NCBI GenBank assembly: GCA_023231475.1
Contig: JALJEE010000646.1
Location: forward strand, 1-62,812
Source of the DNA: Seison nebaliae
Lineage: Eukaryota
Direction of reading: 5' to 3'
DNA: 62,812 nucleotides
Shown here: in pieces, positions 26,801 through 39,800 of the stretch
Position numbering within the stretch: position 1 is the first letter of the stretch
Layout of the letters: each line of letters starts with the position of its first letter
Notes under the pieces: generated by a model
What the model saw: the letters and a program-made list of their open reading frames with translations, nothing else
Database searches by the model: none
Told to the model about the DNA's origin: nothing
Program-made: the position numbers and the translations under genes

Positions 26801-29800
26801 TTCAATATCCTTACAATCTTTGACCGATTTCTTTTTTCTTTCCCAACAAATGTATTGTTGGTTATTGTCCCAACAATTTTCTTTGTAAAATACTGAAGAA
26901 AGTCGTCGGTCAAACTATTTTACGTCATATAAAGCTTTACTGTCAAATTTTATTTTTAAATTATAATAATTATTCTGAAAATGTATTATTGAAGTTACAT
27001 CATATAACACAATTTGATGATATTGAACCACCAAAATCTTAGAAAAAGCCTAACAAAGTAAGTTCCGGTTTTCCCGTATAAATTTTTCTGAATTTAAGTA
27101 AAATGGTCAGAATCGATATTATACGGTCCAATTGGAATAAAATTAGAAAGATGATGCAATGAAGGAATGATGATGATAATGGCAAGAGGAGAATAATCAT
27201 ACAATTTGACGAAACAATTGTAGAAAAGGTAATGGCATAATAATATTGACATGATTATCTTAATGGAATAATCTAATGATGAAGGAATAAATGGTGAAAT
27301 TTGATATTTATGAGAATAATAAGAAGATGAACAAATTGACGAGATTATTAAGAATGAACTTATTCCTCTTAAATTAATGACAATGAAAACGATTATTTTC
27401 ATAAACAATTTAAATAAAAATGAAGTTTAATCAGAAACAATCTATATGAGTTCATTTTTTGTTAACTCATTACATTAATTATTCTTTCCATCTTCTTCTC
27501 CACTTTCTTCCCCTCATCAGTCTATTTACATCAACATAATTATTCTTCCACTTCTAATAAATTATTAATGACAAAACGAATAATTAGTATTCATTTTCTC
27601 TTTAAACATAAATTAATTATTAATCATATTTTCCTTCGAGTTTTGAAGCGTAATTTAAATCTCTTTTCTTAAACGGACAAAATCTTCTTCAAGAACACTT
27701 GTTAATTAATTCCGATTACTTTAGAAGAATTCTCATTGTTAACAAAACATTTGAGAGAAGCATAACGAGAAACACCATTCTTCACCAAGATTCTTCTTCC
27801 ATTCAACATCAGCAGAAATATCGCGAAGAAATAGATGTAGTTAGATACGACTAATATTTGAACATTCTAACGAATTGATGAATAAACATAATTCAAGACG
27901 AAATTTCGTGGTAAGATTATGATCTTACATATATCTTCTTTTTGTTACTTTCCTCTTTCCCGTCCTATTTGTCTTCTTTGAATGTCATTGCATCATTCTT
28001 GTAAATTATTTGACCTTATCTAAATTTCTTCTTTCACTTTTAATTAAATCGTTTTTCTAATGTTTATTTTTCATTAGTATTCATTTCACCAATTTCAATA
28101 AACATCACATTACTTTTGATTGATTCCTGAAGAAGAATTTGCTTTAAAATTATTAAAAATTCGAGAACATTTGACAGAGTAATTGGTCTATTTCGATATT
28201 GAAGAAATCGATTACTAATTTGTAATTAACAAGAAAATATATCATGTAGAAAAAAAAAATTTTCGATTATTTTGAAATGAACTTGTCTTAAAAATGGAAC
28301 TGGATTAATTCCATCTACCTAATGAAAAATTACATAATTAGTTGTTATTAATGAATTATCTCTTTCGGGTACATTTATATGAAATTTAAGAAAATTACGA
28401 AATTAAAAATATAAAGAAAATCAATTTCGTTTGGATAGATGAAAAATGAATGGGAATTAAATTCAGTATCACATCGATCGATCTGTCAAATGAGAACTAT
28501 TAGAATATATTTGGGACTTACTTAACAAATTATATGAGATAATCACGCAGTATTTCTACTGCGTGAGAAAATTCCGTCAATTAAATGTTAATTTGAATCT
28601 CTCTTATAAATGATTCTTCGTCATTAATCGATAATGACTTTTCTTTTATTTTTCTGGCACATTATATTCTCGATATATATGTAAATTTTCCAATGAATTA
28701 ATTTGGATAATTGCCGTTTAATTATCTAAATTATGATTATAGATGGTGGTCGGAGAACTGGAGAAAAACAGTTATTATCCCCTTTGACGATAATGGTTCT
28801 ACTTTCCAGCTTTTCGTTTATGAAGAAATACATTTCCTTTAATTGGATCATAACAAATGAAATCTAGGCAATTGAAGGAAATTCAGATAAATCGAAGACG
28901 GTAGGACAAACAGTCAATTGGACAAGATACGAGAAGGAGAGAATAGAACCAGCTTAATAGAAGATTATTATGATAATTTTGGGGTTAAAAATTAATACAG
29001 ATTCAGTATATAAAAATTCAAGTTGAAATTCAACCTTCATGAGCTTGAAATTTCCTTGTAGATACGGAGAAAGTGGCAAACTTTGATAATTGATCTTTAT
29101 GTCTTTATGTAATATCTAATAATATTGATGATTATGAATCGTACTTTATCCTGCGGTTCTTTTGCCCATAATTTGTGCATCCAATGTGGAAATATGATAA
29201 ACTATTTAGGGTCTAAAATTTAGGATAGATATAGAAGAATAGTAACAATGAGAGGTTTGATTAGTGTGGAATAGTTGTTATTTTGGATGAAAATTTACAA
29301 CAGTGGTAGGTACATCAATAAGCTTATTACGATTTGGTGAACAGAAAAAGATATTTTATTTGGCCGCTGATTATTTGGGAAATGAATATAAATTATTTTT
29401 ATCCATTTTTTAATGCTGATAATGAGAATATCAAATCATTTGTTTATTCTGCAGCTTATCATTAATGATAATAATTTACACTCTACTTCATTCGGGTAAA
29501 TGATGACAAACGACATGAGGACAATTTCCATGTTTTTTACACACATCACTCATATCAGTGGTTGTGTGATGATTAGTGTGATCTGGGTTTATTGGAATAA
29601 TTGGGGAAGTTTAATTACAAATCTCATCTTTTCCAAATTAGGATACATAAACCCTTAATGACAGTCCTAGGCTTACTAGAATCCCGTACTGCTTGAGGTC
29701 ATTTATGTCCCTTATGAGGTCTAAGACAAAAATATTTGAATATTCTATTCTAAAAAATCCAATTTTAATGGGAATAATCCAAATATTGAAATTTGAAGTA

Positions 29801-32800
29801 TTCGATCAGGAAAATATTGAAAAAAACCGGGTGACTTGAAAAAAATTATACATAAATTGAATAAAATTAGGCCACATTGATAATGTTAAAGAATTAGGAA
29901 AGAAATTTAAATTAATTGGGATTCCTTTCATGATGTTCCTGTAAGTTATATCAGGTAATGTTTGATGAGTCGAATGAAATTATGGGAAATTAGAGAGCAG
30001 ATATAATTGTGAAATGATTTGATGACAAAATGATAATGATGTCGAAAATGATGATGGTTCACTGATAAACAATGAAGGGAGATGAATTTGATAATACGGG
30101 TAATTATCTAAATTACGACTGTTCAAGTGGAAATATGAGAATGGGAATGATAAGAAAAACGATAGGAATTATATTTGATTGATCGAAATAATTATATGTG
30201 GAACATGGGATATCACATCATCAATATCATGATTAATGGAGGAACAATTGAACGATTATATAAATCATAATAATCAATTATTATAATGGAATTAATCATA
30301 TTATATCATTTTCTCATACTATCAATCTCTCCTTCACAAATTAATTATTTCTCAATTCATTACAAATCCCTAACTTTAATTTAATAGGAAGAAAGACACT
30401 AAATAATCGGTACATTTGATATCCGACTGATAAGGGAAGTGAATAATATGTTTTTGAATAAAGGACAATTCTGATTCTGGCGACATTTAATTCAAAAAGT
30501 ACGACGTTCATTTCTAATTTGTAAACAGACGAACTAGAAAGAAATCGATAGACGTGACAACATGAATCAAATTAATATTCTCATCATCTAATGGAAAAAG
30601 GAAGAATTTTTAATTTAGAAATTATCCAGATTATTTTCCGTTCGATAATCGGTAGTCGATTGTTTGATCATTTTTTTTTACGGAATCACGTGAGACTAAT
30701 TTGGTTAAATTGTTAATTATCGTTCGAATGGATATTTGATGAAGGCAAAGAACTGATGAAAAGAAATAAAAAGATAACGAGGATGATAATGATGATTTTC
30801 GACAGATATTTATCAAACATAAATCAAAGGAATAAAAGTCCTTACCGTACTTTATCATATTGGTGTATTTGTTGAATAAATAAATGAATAATCTTCTTTG
30901 ATGTGCGACATTAGCCTCCGTGCTCAATTCATTAGATCAACTATTCCAAACATTTCATTTTGGATTTCGCACAGGATCCTCTTTTTTCAAATAATTTCCA
31001 TCATGCTTCTGTTGATCTGACAAATTATCACATTCCCATTCTACAAATTATAGATGAATAACTACGAAAGGAGAAATATGATTAATCTAATTATTTATTA
31101 AACAGTCTGTCAACACAATCATTTCGGACTTATTTATCAAATTATCAACATAATTAATGATAAAGGTAATTCCGACTATTAATACTATTCATTTAATCAC
31201 TTCTCCTCTTTCATGTCCAACTGCTCCTTTCTTCTCCAACAATTCAATCGAAAATTTGTTCTTTTGATGCTATTAACTACAACTCACCTAGAAATATTAC
31301 CAATTTCATCGATATCTTCTAAGACCCAACTTAGTTACTACTCCTGTTTACTATTATTATTATTATTATTACCAAGAATGATATGTTAATTTTATTTGTT
31401 ACTAAATATTTAGAATCTCTAGAATAAGTTCACTAAGTTGCGGATAGGTCTTCAGCCAGTGTTTTCACCCGCTCTCTTATTTGGTGTCGGAGAGGAATTC
31501 ATTCCAGTTTTTAGATTTTAGAGAACAAATGATATAAAATTTGATATAAAATAGACGTGAGGTTCATAGAATGAATAGGTGTAAAATTTTCGAAAAAAAT
31601 TTCTAAAAACTTTAATTTCAAAAATTATCAAACATAAAGTGATAAACATAAAACTTTGTGTTTGATTAAGAATAAAAAAAGAAACAGATGTCCTACAGTA
31701 TAAAATTCGAGTTATGAACATGAGAATAATTAGATTTGGATTGTTGTTCATGAAAAATATTCTTTAACATTAACTTGAAACTAACAAAACATTAAAGAAA
31801 TCGACGAAATATCTTTACTAAAGCGAAATTACGAAGTGTGCACGAAATGTCTTTGAACATAGAAATCCTGTTTCAGTCATACAAATTGCTTAGACGAATT
31901 GTAAAAAAATTAATCAAAAAATTAATTCTTTAATGACCAGTTATTTGGACAACGTAACTAATAGTAATCACCTAAGTAATGATTTAATTAGAATTTTTAA
32001 TTCTCCATTTGAAGAAGAAATAGGAGTAGATTCCATTAAATTTATGATAGTTTCCTTTAACAAATCTCAAAAAATGAAGAAAGACAAATATATTTCAAAA
32101 AGTACATGTAGAAAGAATAGTTTCTGGCAAGGAACTCTCAGTCGAACGATATTGATATGCTACACTATTGTCCAACATTTCCCGATGACGTTATTCTTTG
32201 ATAATGACGTCGGAGTGTTCTATTGGTGAGAAATGATTATGAAATTAAGAGGAATTGGTGGAAGTTTTTTGGGTAAGAGAAGAGAATAATAAATGGGAAG
32301 AAAATAAGTGAATTGGAATCATTCGATTATCGAATATTATATGTAACACGATTTTTATGTTTAGTTGATGGAAAGAAGAAAGAATGCATTTTCCTGCGTG
32401 AGATTCGTGACGGATGAATGTGCTTCTATTCTAGCATAATGAATTAATTGGTGTTGGAATTCTCCTTTTATTCTTGGAAATTTCATTCTAAATTTTTTTC
32501 TTTTCATTCCAAATATTCCACTAGCAACAATAGGTACGTAATTAAGCTTTTTACTCTACTTCCTTTTCAATGATTCGTCATCCAAATGTTCCTCCGCACA
32601 GGTTTTTCTGTTTAGTTGTAACAGAACTACCAATTTATTATAGTCGCTTAATCAAATTGTAATATCTGTGTTAGAGGCAGAGGAATGTAAAGTATGAATC
32701 GTTAGTTAACAAGCTTATCAATTAGTTTATCATATTATCATATATATTCCCATTTTCCAACAACAGATATACATGTCTCCCAAACTATCTCTCCCATCTT

Positions 32801-35800
32801 ATTTTATCTTATATAGCCACTTAACCAAATAGATAGTTATATGACTAATAAATTCTTTATTACTAATTATTAGCTACACTGCCTTCCTCCTGCTCTCTTA
32901 TCGTCACTAAGTAAGTGGAATGAGTAAATGGAATTAGAGCAATCGAAATTGATAAATAATGAAAAACTTGATATCAAATAAATACTGATTAATTGATAAC
33001 GAATGGTAATAGAATACGGTTCCCTTCCACGTACATTTGCCCTAATGATTGCAGTCGCTTCGATATAATTCGGTGGAGAATAATAATCGCATTCAAATGC
33101 ACATGTTCCAAATGGCGAATGGAGACGGAGGAGAAGTTAGTTCTTATAATGAAAAATGTTCTTATAATTTGTAGGATATGGAAGACGATGAACGAGAAAT
33201 AACGATTTTTTGAATAACTGTTCAATCTCTACCTTTCTCAAATGATTTACGATTTCTTCCTTTACAAATAATGAGTTGATGAGCATCGAATACTTATTAT
33301 CCGATCGAGAAACTAATGATGATGATCATGTCTAATGGAATTGAAACTTCGTACAAACATAATAATTATTCTCTTTAGAACAATCCTCATTTAACGAAAT
33401 ACTCTTCTTCATTCTTTGAATGAATAATTCGCTCAATTGACAGAGTGCACAAAAAGTGCACGGAAAATGCATTACTTCACTTTTCCTGTAGGTGAATGTA
33501 CAGACATTAAATTTGAAAGAAAACCTGTTGATTTGAAAGAGACTATAGTTATCTAATCCAGGAACTCATCTTATAAATTTGTTGCCCTATAATTTTTAAA
33601 AAAAGAAAAATGAGAGCATTTTTTGAGAATAAAGAACTTCTGATAAATTACCAAGTAACAAAATGTATTGAGAATGTACATTTGAAATCGATTGAAGTGA
33701 TGTAAATAAATTATTGATTTCCATAATTATTATTCTTTGACACTGTTGTTGTTCTCGCAGTGATTGGGATGAGTTTTCATCTTGTTTCCTTTTCTAACTC
33801 GACATCAAATTTCGATTATTTTGCACAACGCAACTTCCAACAACTCCAATACGACAATTGTGATTTAATACAGACAGTGAATAATAATAGATTGTTGGAG
33901 AATGTATGTGACAAATGTACCTCCTATCATTCTTCATTAATTCGTCATATTTAATCAAAAATTAATATGATAATGGAATTTCTATTAGCATTATCTTTTT
34001 GTTAACTTTGCCACATCAGACTAATGATGGAAATGATGATCAAAGACTAACAATAGTAGAGACAGCTATCACCTATTAATATGTGTGTGTGTGTGGGATG
34101 GAAAGAAGTTATATTTAACTGAGAGGACTCTGAGTATGTCATTCCACGGAAATCATGGAAATGGATGGAAGATGATAAAATTGAAATTCGATGAAATGTC
34201 TAATGATAATCGACTAAAAAATATCTTTCAAATACAATTCAGTTTTCAACTATCTTTCATTAAACCATCATTTGTTGGTGGAAGGGAAATTTTTGTTATA
34301 ATTATCGTTGAAATGAAATGAGATATCCAATATTTGTCATAGCATACACAAATTGTTAAAAGAAACCTAATTCGATTAATTTAACGATTTCTATCATTCT
34401 GTTAGTTTGGGACGGACATGAAAGTAGAAGGAAGAAAGGAATTGACGAAACTCGCTCGATAATCGGGTTCAGAAGATCTATTCGAAATGAATGAGAATAC
34501 TTGTTCACTACATGATCTCTTTTAATCAGCATTCCAATATGAATCGTTGGAAGCGTATTGAATTTCCACCAGGTACTCTCTGACAAATTAAATTAATAAA
34601 ACTTAATAATTTCGCATTTTCAGTCTATACTACTCAATTCTGCGGTTGCCATATAATGTCTTCGTCAGATAAATATATTCTCATATCGAATTTCTTTACA
34701 AATGGGAAGATTAAATGAACTTTTAGTGAAAAGAAGTGCGACTATTAAAATTTCCTTGTCCGAAATTCTTCTGTAAGATGAAAATTCATGAAATGTAAAC
34801 GAATAAGAAAGAGATTCCGCCAATTCACAAACGGAGTGAGAGAAATTTGATGGAATTTGAACTGCATCTTTGTTAACGATTTGACTAATAAGTAGAATGA
34901 ACAATTACGTAATATCCAAACATGGCGTACTTTTCAGTGTTCGTCTTCGAGCGAGAAGAAGAAGTATCGTTTGCAAATAAATTCTAGCGAGAGAATGACG
35001 ATTTGAACGAAGGTTACGTCGGTGAGTCGACCGGTGCATGGGGAAGGAGGGTTGGAAGGATTTTTTGGTAAATCGAAGATAAATATTTGAGTTTAATTAA
35101 TCGGTAATTTAGTCGTTGGAATTGATAAATAGTCGAAAGAGAAACATGAAATGGAAAATAAATAATGATTAACATTCGTTCTAACAACTAAGAATAGGAC
35201 GGGGGAAAGCGGAATTAATGGAGAAAACGAGCACAACAACAAATTCCGAGCATAAATGCAGTTAATTGATATTTGACATACATTCAAATAAATATGAATC
35301 GTTCATCATCATTATTAATTTCGTCGTTCTTTTCATCGACATCGACAAATGTTTACTCATCATAAATCATTTGTCTTCATTCAATTGATCCGATGCATAG
35401 AAATCATTGTTCCATTACCAAACTCCATCACATTCATTCCGTGTAACTTGATTAATTGAATTTTATTAATCTCTACAAATATTTATCACCATTTCTACCA
35501 TATCCCATTACTGTGACTCTGAATTTCTGTCAGAATTACTACTTCTGTTTATCGGAGTCGGAAGAATGTGGAATGAATATCTTCATTCAATTTCTGAATC
35601 GAACACTAATCAATCATCATCTTATCAATATTGATCAATCAATATCAATGCTAATCAATCATTTCTTATCAACCCAATATTATCAATCTTCCGCTAATTT
35701 CAACAACGTTTGGTTTCAATTTCGATGGTTCCATTCCCTTCAACATCCGTCAATCCGTCAAAAACAGGTCAATCTGATCAACTATGGAAATAATTATCCC

Positions 35801-36379
35801 AAAAGTAATTCCGAAAACATTTATCGACTTTCAAATAAGCAAATTTGTTTAAATTTTATAAAAATTTTTAATTTGTTTTCGATAAAACAAAATATGTTTC
35901 AGATAGTATGAAAATTACTGAAAATTGTTTTAGGCCTAAAAAATTCATCTAAATTGAAGTCAATTTTAATGAAAAAATAATTTAAATTAAAGAAATTATT
36001 AATTAGCAATTAATTTGTTGAACGATATTTCATTTCTGAGAGAATGCTGGAAGCAATGTTTGCCCAATAAATATTGGACATATTTGATTGAAATAAACTT
36101 CGTTCTATTGTTCCATACTGAATTGTCCCATTTTCTCCATCCAATCATTCGTACTTGATTTCATTTAATTCAAAGTCTAATTTATGATTCAAATACTTGT
36201 TAATGGGAGAGAATGAGCAATAACGAAATTGGGATTCGAAATAGAAAAACGAAAACCGGACACGACAATCCTCTTCAAGTTCTTTCATTTTATCAATCTT
36301 CAACAGATCAGTTGAACTTTAGGAGTTTTATTAAAAATATTTCGAGGCGATGTATAAGTGTATTGTTGAGTGAATTCCC

Positions 36380-36393
36380 GTTGTCATGGAAAC
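36380..36393. promoter_or_regulatory. RFX-binding X-box (distal)
   Basis: GTTGTCATGGAAAC fits the 14-bp X-box consensus GTHNYYATRRNAAC, ~490 bp upstream of the dynein ATG. Confidence 0.65.
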
Positions 36394-36667
36394 GTGAAAA
36401 GCGAACTTATCTGTGGATGGTTCATTGCGTTCTCAAGAGTACGCCAACTGTTATGTAAGTGAATTAGTTATATTTATTATTAGCCCAAACTCCTTGCGTA
36501 GGTTAAATGAGAGAGTTGTCAATTTGATGGAAAAGCAATTAAAAGAATTAAGAGAATCTAACGCTATTCTCCTTCGTCGACTGAATTGTTGAACAACAAG
36601 CGAGAAATGAATGTTATCTTAACATTTCGAGAAAAGGAGAATTGAAAGAGAACGCAACAATTCATCG

Positions 36668-36681
36668 GTTGCTATGGAAAC
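36668..36681. promoter_or_regulatory. RFX-binding X-box (proximal)
   Basis: GTTGCTATGGAAAC is a near-perfect X-box ~190 bp upstream of the ATG of a motile-cilia gene. Confidence 0.8.
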
Positions 36682-36872
36682 GAGGATTTAATTTTTGACA
36701 GTTTATATAACAAAAACTTTTGTAGTTCTTCATATTCATCTTTCGTCCTGAAACTAGTCGAATGATAAACTTTTCTGTCACCATCTGTTGATTTGGAACC
36801 TGTTCCAACATGATTTATGATTAGGAAAACCAAAAAATTTATATCTCTCAATTGGAAACTGAAGAAGAATAG

Positions 36873-39800
36873 ATGATGAATCGATTAAACTTAAACAAGA
36901 CTGTTAATTCTTCCGAATTTACTGTTCGTATTTTTCTTTTAATTTCTCCCCACTCTTTTCTCCAAACTTAACTGTTTATCATACCTTGATTGTACGACTT
37001 TCCCCGCCTCTCCCATAATTATTAGGTGCAGATTATCCCTTTACCAATCTGTTAACTTCTTAAAAATTCAATTCCATTTCCTATGACTTCCCAATCTTTC
37101 GCACAAATTCAATTTAGAGTCAAAGGCATTTCATAAAAAATTACTTTTTTCCATCGCTATTTTTTCCTCTCAGCTTCAGTTTATCATAAATCTTCTTTAC
37201 TTTACTTATGAATGAAATTCTACGAATATGATGCCCAATCGTTTGAAGGTTTGAAAATCGTAATATAATATCAAAAGAAAAACATTAAACTACTTAGCAG
37301 AATGAAATATTAAATCCAAAAACTTTATGATTTGAATTACAAACTAAATTAAATTACTATTAATCGATAAATATACAGAAGAAATTGTTTAATATTTTTC
37401 TATAAATTTCAGCAAAAAATTAAAGAGGAACGAGATGCACAACGGAATCGGTTAGATTCTCGTCACCATTATATGATACTTCGAGTAAGCGAAAGTATTG
37501 GATTGGATGCAAATGAAGCAGAAGAGCAAATTCTTGAAGAAAATCAAGTTCACATTCTTCCCATTTCTTCGTTCATTTGACGATTTGTAAAGATTGATCA
37601 TTTATGTAATATCATAAAAGCGAATGGAACATCAACCGTTTTATTCTTTTACCAATCGTCACTTTTAAGTAAAAATCGAATTGATGGTAATAACGTGGAC
37701 GGAGAGGAAGGGAAAGGTTTAAAAATTAATCGAAATCCAAATTCAATAACAAAAGAGAAATTGATAGTTAAAATTTATTTAAATATTGGTTCACTTTGTC
37801 ATTCTTCTCACAACCAGATAACGGATGGGAAAGATGTAGGTATCAACGGAATGTGTTACTATTTCCTAAAAAGTAATACGGAAGTTGAAGTGACGGTGAA
37901 TAATGTTCATATGGAATTGATGTTTAATATGATCGATTGTTCTGAATCGTCTAAATTACTTCATTCACTTTCCTCCCATATTTCCACCATTTATCGTTCG
38001 ATTTTGTCGTCATCCGAATATGGGTGGGGTGAATTGATAAAAGACAAAAAAGAATTTCTTAAGACGAAGCATAAACTGTTGTCGAAAATTGATGCGTTTG
38101 TCGAATCGATTGAGAGTGCACAAAATTCTTTAGACGATCGTATCATTTTGGAGAAATGTACGAAATTCGATTGGAATTCACATCGACGTCCATCCGAATT
38201 TGGAGTCCTAGCATCTCAATCTCATATTTTGAGTGACGCGGAAACTTGTATGAGAATGTGGTCGAAACAAATTGAGCAGGTACTGGCAGAGAGTGAACAA
38301 ATCAGGAAAGAAGCTGATAATATCGGACCGAGAGCAGAATTGATCTATTGGAAAAGGAGAACGGCGAGATTCAATTATCTTCTTGATCAATTGAAACAAT
38401 GGAATGTACGTAATGTTCTTGGTGTTCTCATTGTCAGTAAATCGAAATTGATTAAAGTTTAATTAGAATAATAATCATTAAAATTTGAATTAATTAATTT
38501 TTAACTTATTTTCAGCAATGGAAAGAATTGGATGGAAGAATAACAGAAAAAGCAAATGAAGCTGAAAATAATGTACGATATCTTTATGAATTGGAGAAAT
38601 GTAATGATGTCTTATATGATAGTGATCCAGTAACCATGTTATCGTATATTCCACAATTAATCAGTTCCATTCGAATGATCAATTCTTGTTCCACTTATTA
38701 CAATACATCAGAAAGAATGACGTCATTATTTGTAAAAGTTATTTCTAAATTTAGAGTCATTTTCAAAATGATTTTCATTCGATTCCATCTTTTATTATTA
38801 TAATGATATTATTTTCATAAAATTTCCAGATAACAAATCAATTAATTAATTCGTGTCGGAATTATATTACGGAAGATGACATCGAGACAGCATGGACATT
38901 AGAGAAAAGTGTTCTTTTAAGTCGAATTGGTGATTGTGTGAAATTGTATGATCGATATTATGATGTTTATCAGAAAGTAAAGAAACAAGTGGCGAATTCG
39001 TCGACAGATCGACCGTTCGATTTTAGTGAAATGTATATTTTTGGCAAATATAAAACTTTCATTAAACGTCTGGAAAATATAAAGGAAATGTTCAATTTGA
39101 TTGATAATTATTCTCCGATTCAAACGTCGACAATCGAAGGAATTGAAATGATGGGAGCGAAATTGAATGTCATTGTGACTTCGATGAAGAAGAAGAAATA
39201 TAATTTTTTTGATGTTCGAAGAAAAGAATTTCAATCGGATTTCAACGATTTCAAACGAGCTATGTCTGATTTACATAATTCGATTTGTTCGTTCATCGAT
39301 AATCAATTCGAGAAAGTTCACGAAGTGAACCATTGTCTGGAATTGATTAAACGATTCGAATTGCTCAAATTGCCCAACGTCAATTTGACGGATAAATATG
39401 AAAAGATTCTCGTTTTGTATTCAAAGGAATTGGAATATGTGAAACGTTTGTACGAAAAAGACAAAAGAGATCCACCAATTGCTAGAAATCATCCGATTTC
39501 TGCTGGTGCTATCGTTTGGGCGCGACAACTATATCGTCGTATCGAACAACCGATGAATGTTTTTGTTGAACATAACGTGATAAAGAATACAACGGAATCG
39601 AGACGTATCGTCCGATTATATAATTCCACTTGTTTAGTTTTACTGAAGTTTGAGGAGAATATTGTGGCGAAATGGAAAGAAAATGTCGATATAGTTCTCA
39701 CAGGTCTTCGTGCGACGTTATTAATTCGGAATAATGAAACAGAAGAAATCGTTGTTAATTTCGATCCCCAAATCAACGAATTGATTAGAGAATCGATTTG

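Larger units (their letters stand above)
13608..36872. other. ~23 kb non-coding interval between the divergent ZFHX and DNAH5 starts (5' UTR, introns and regulatory landscape)
   Basis: Contains only short, low-complexity ORFs with no recognisable domains, plus many simple repeats. Elsewhere in the window intergenic gaps are ~0.1-2 kb. Confidence 0.7.

Noticed and set aside
28543..28566. 10-bp stem with TTTC loop (histone stem-loop or Helitron end?)
   Set aside because: The stem does not match the histone consensus, no histone gene is nearby, and no CTRR terminus follows.
28748..28765. miR-184-like string TGGTCGGAGAACTG
   Set aside because: Seed mismatch, divergent 3' half and no complementary arm to form a precursor.
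32683..32697. miR-1-like string GGAATGTAAAGTATG
   Set aside because: Internal deletion relative to miR-1 and no hairpin partner.
35456..35911. 151-aa ORF in the desert
   Set aside because: Non-ATG start, AT-driven N/I/F/Q composition and no recognisable motif.
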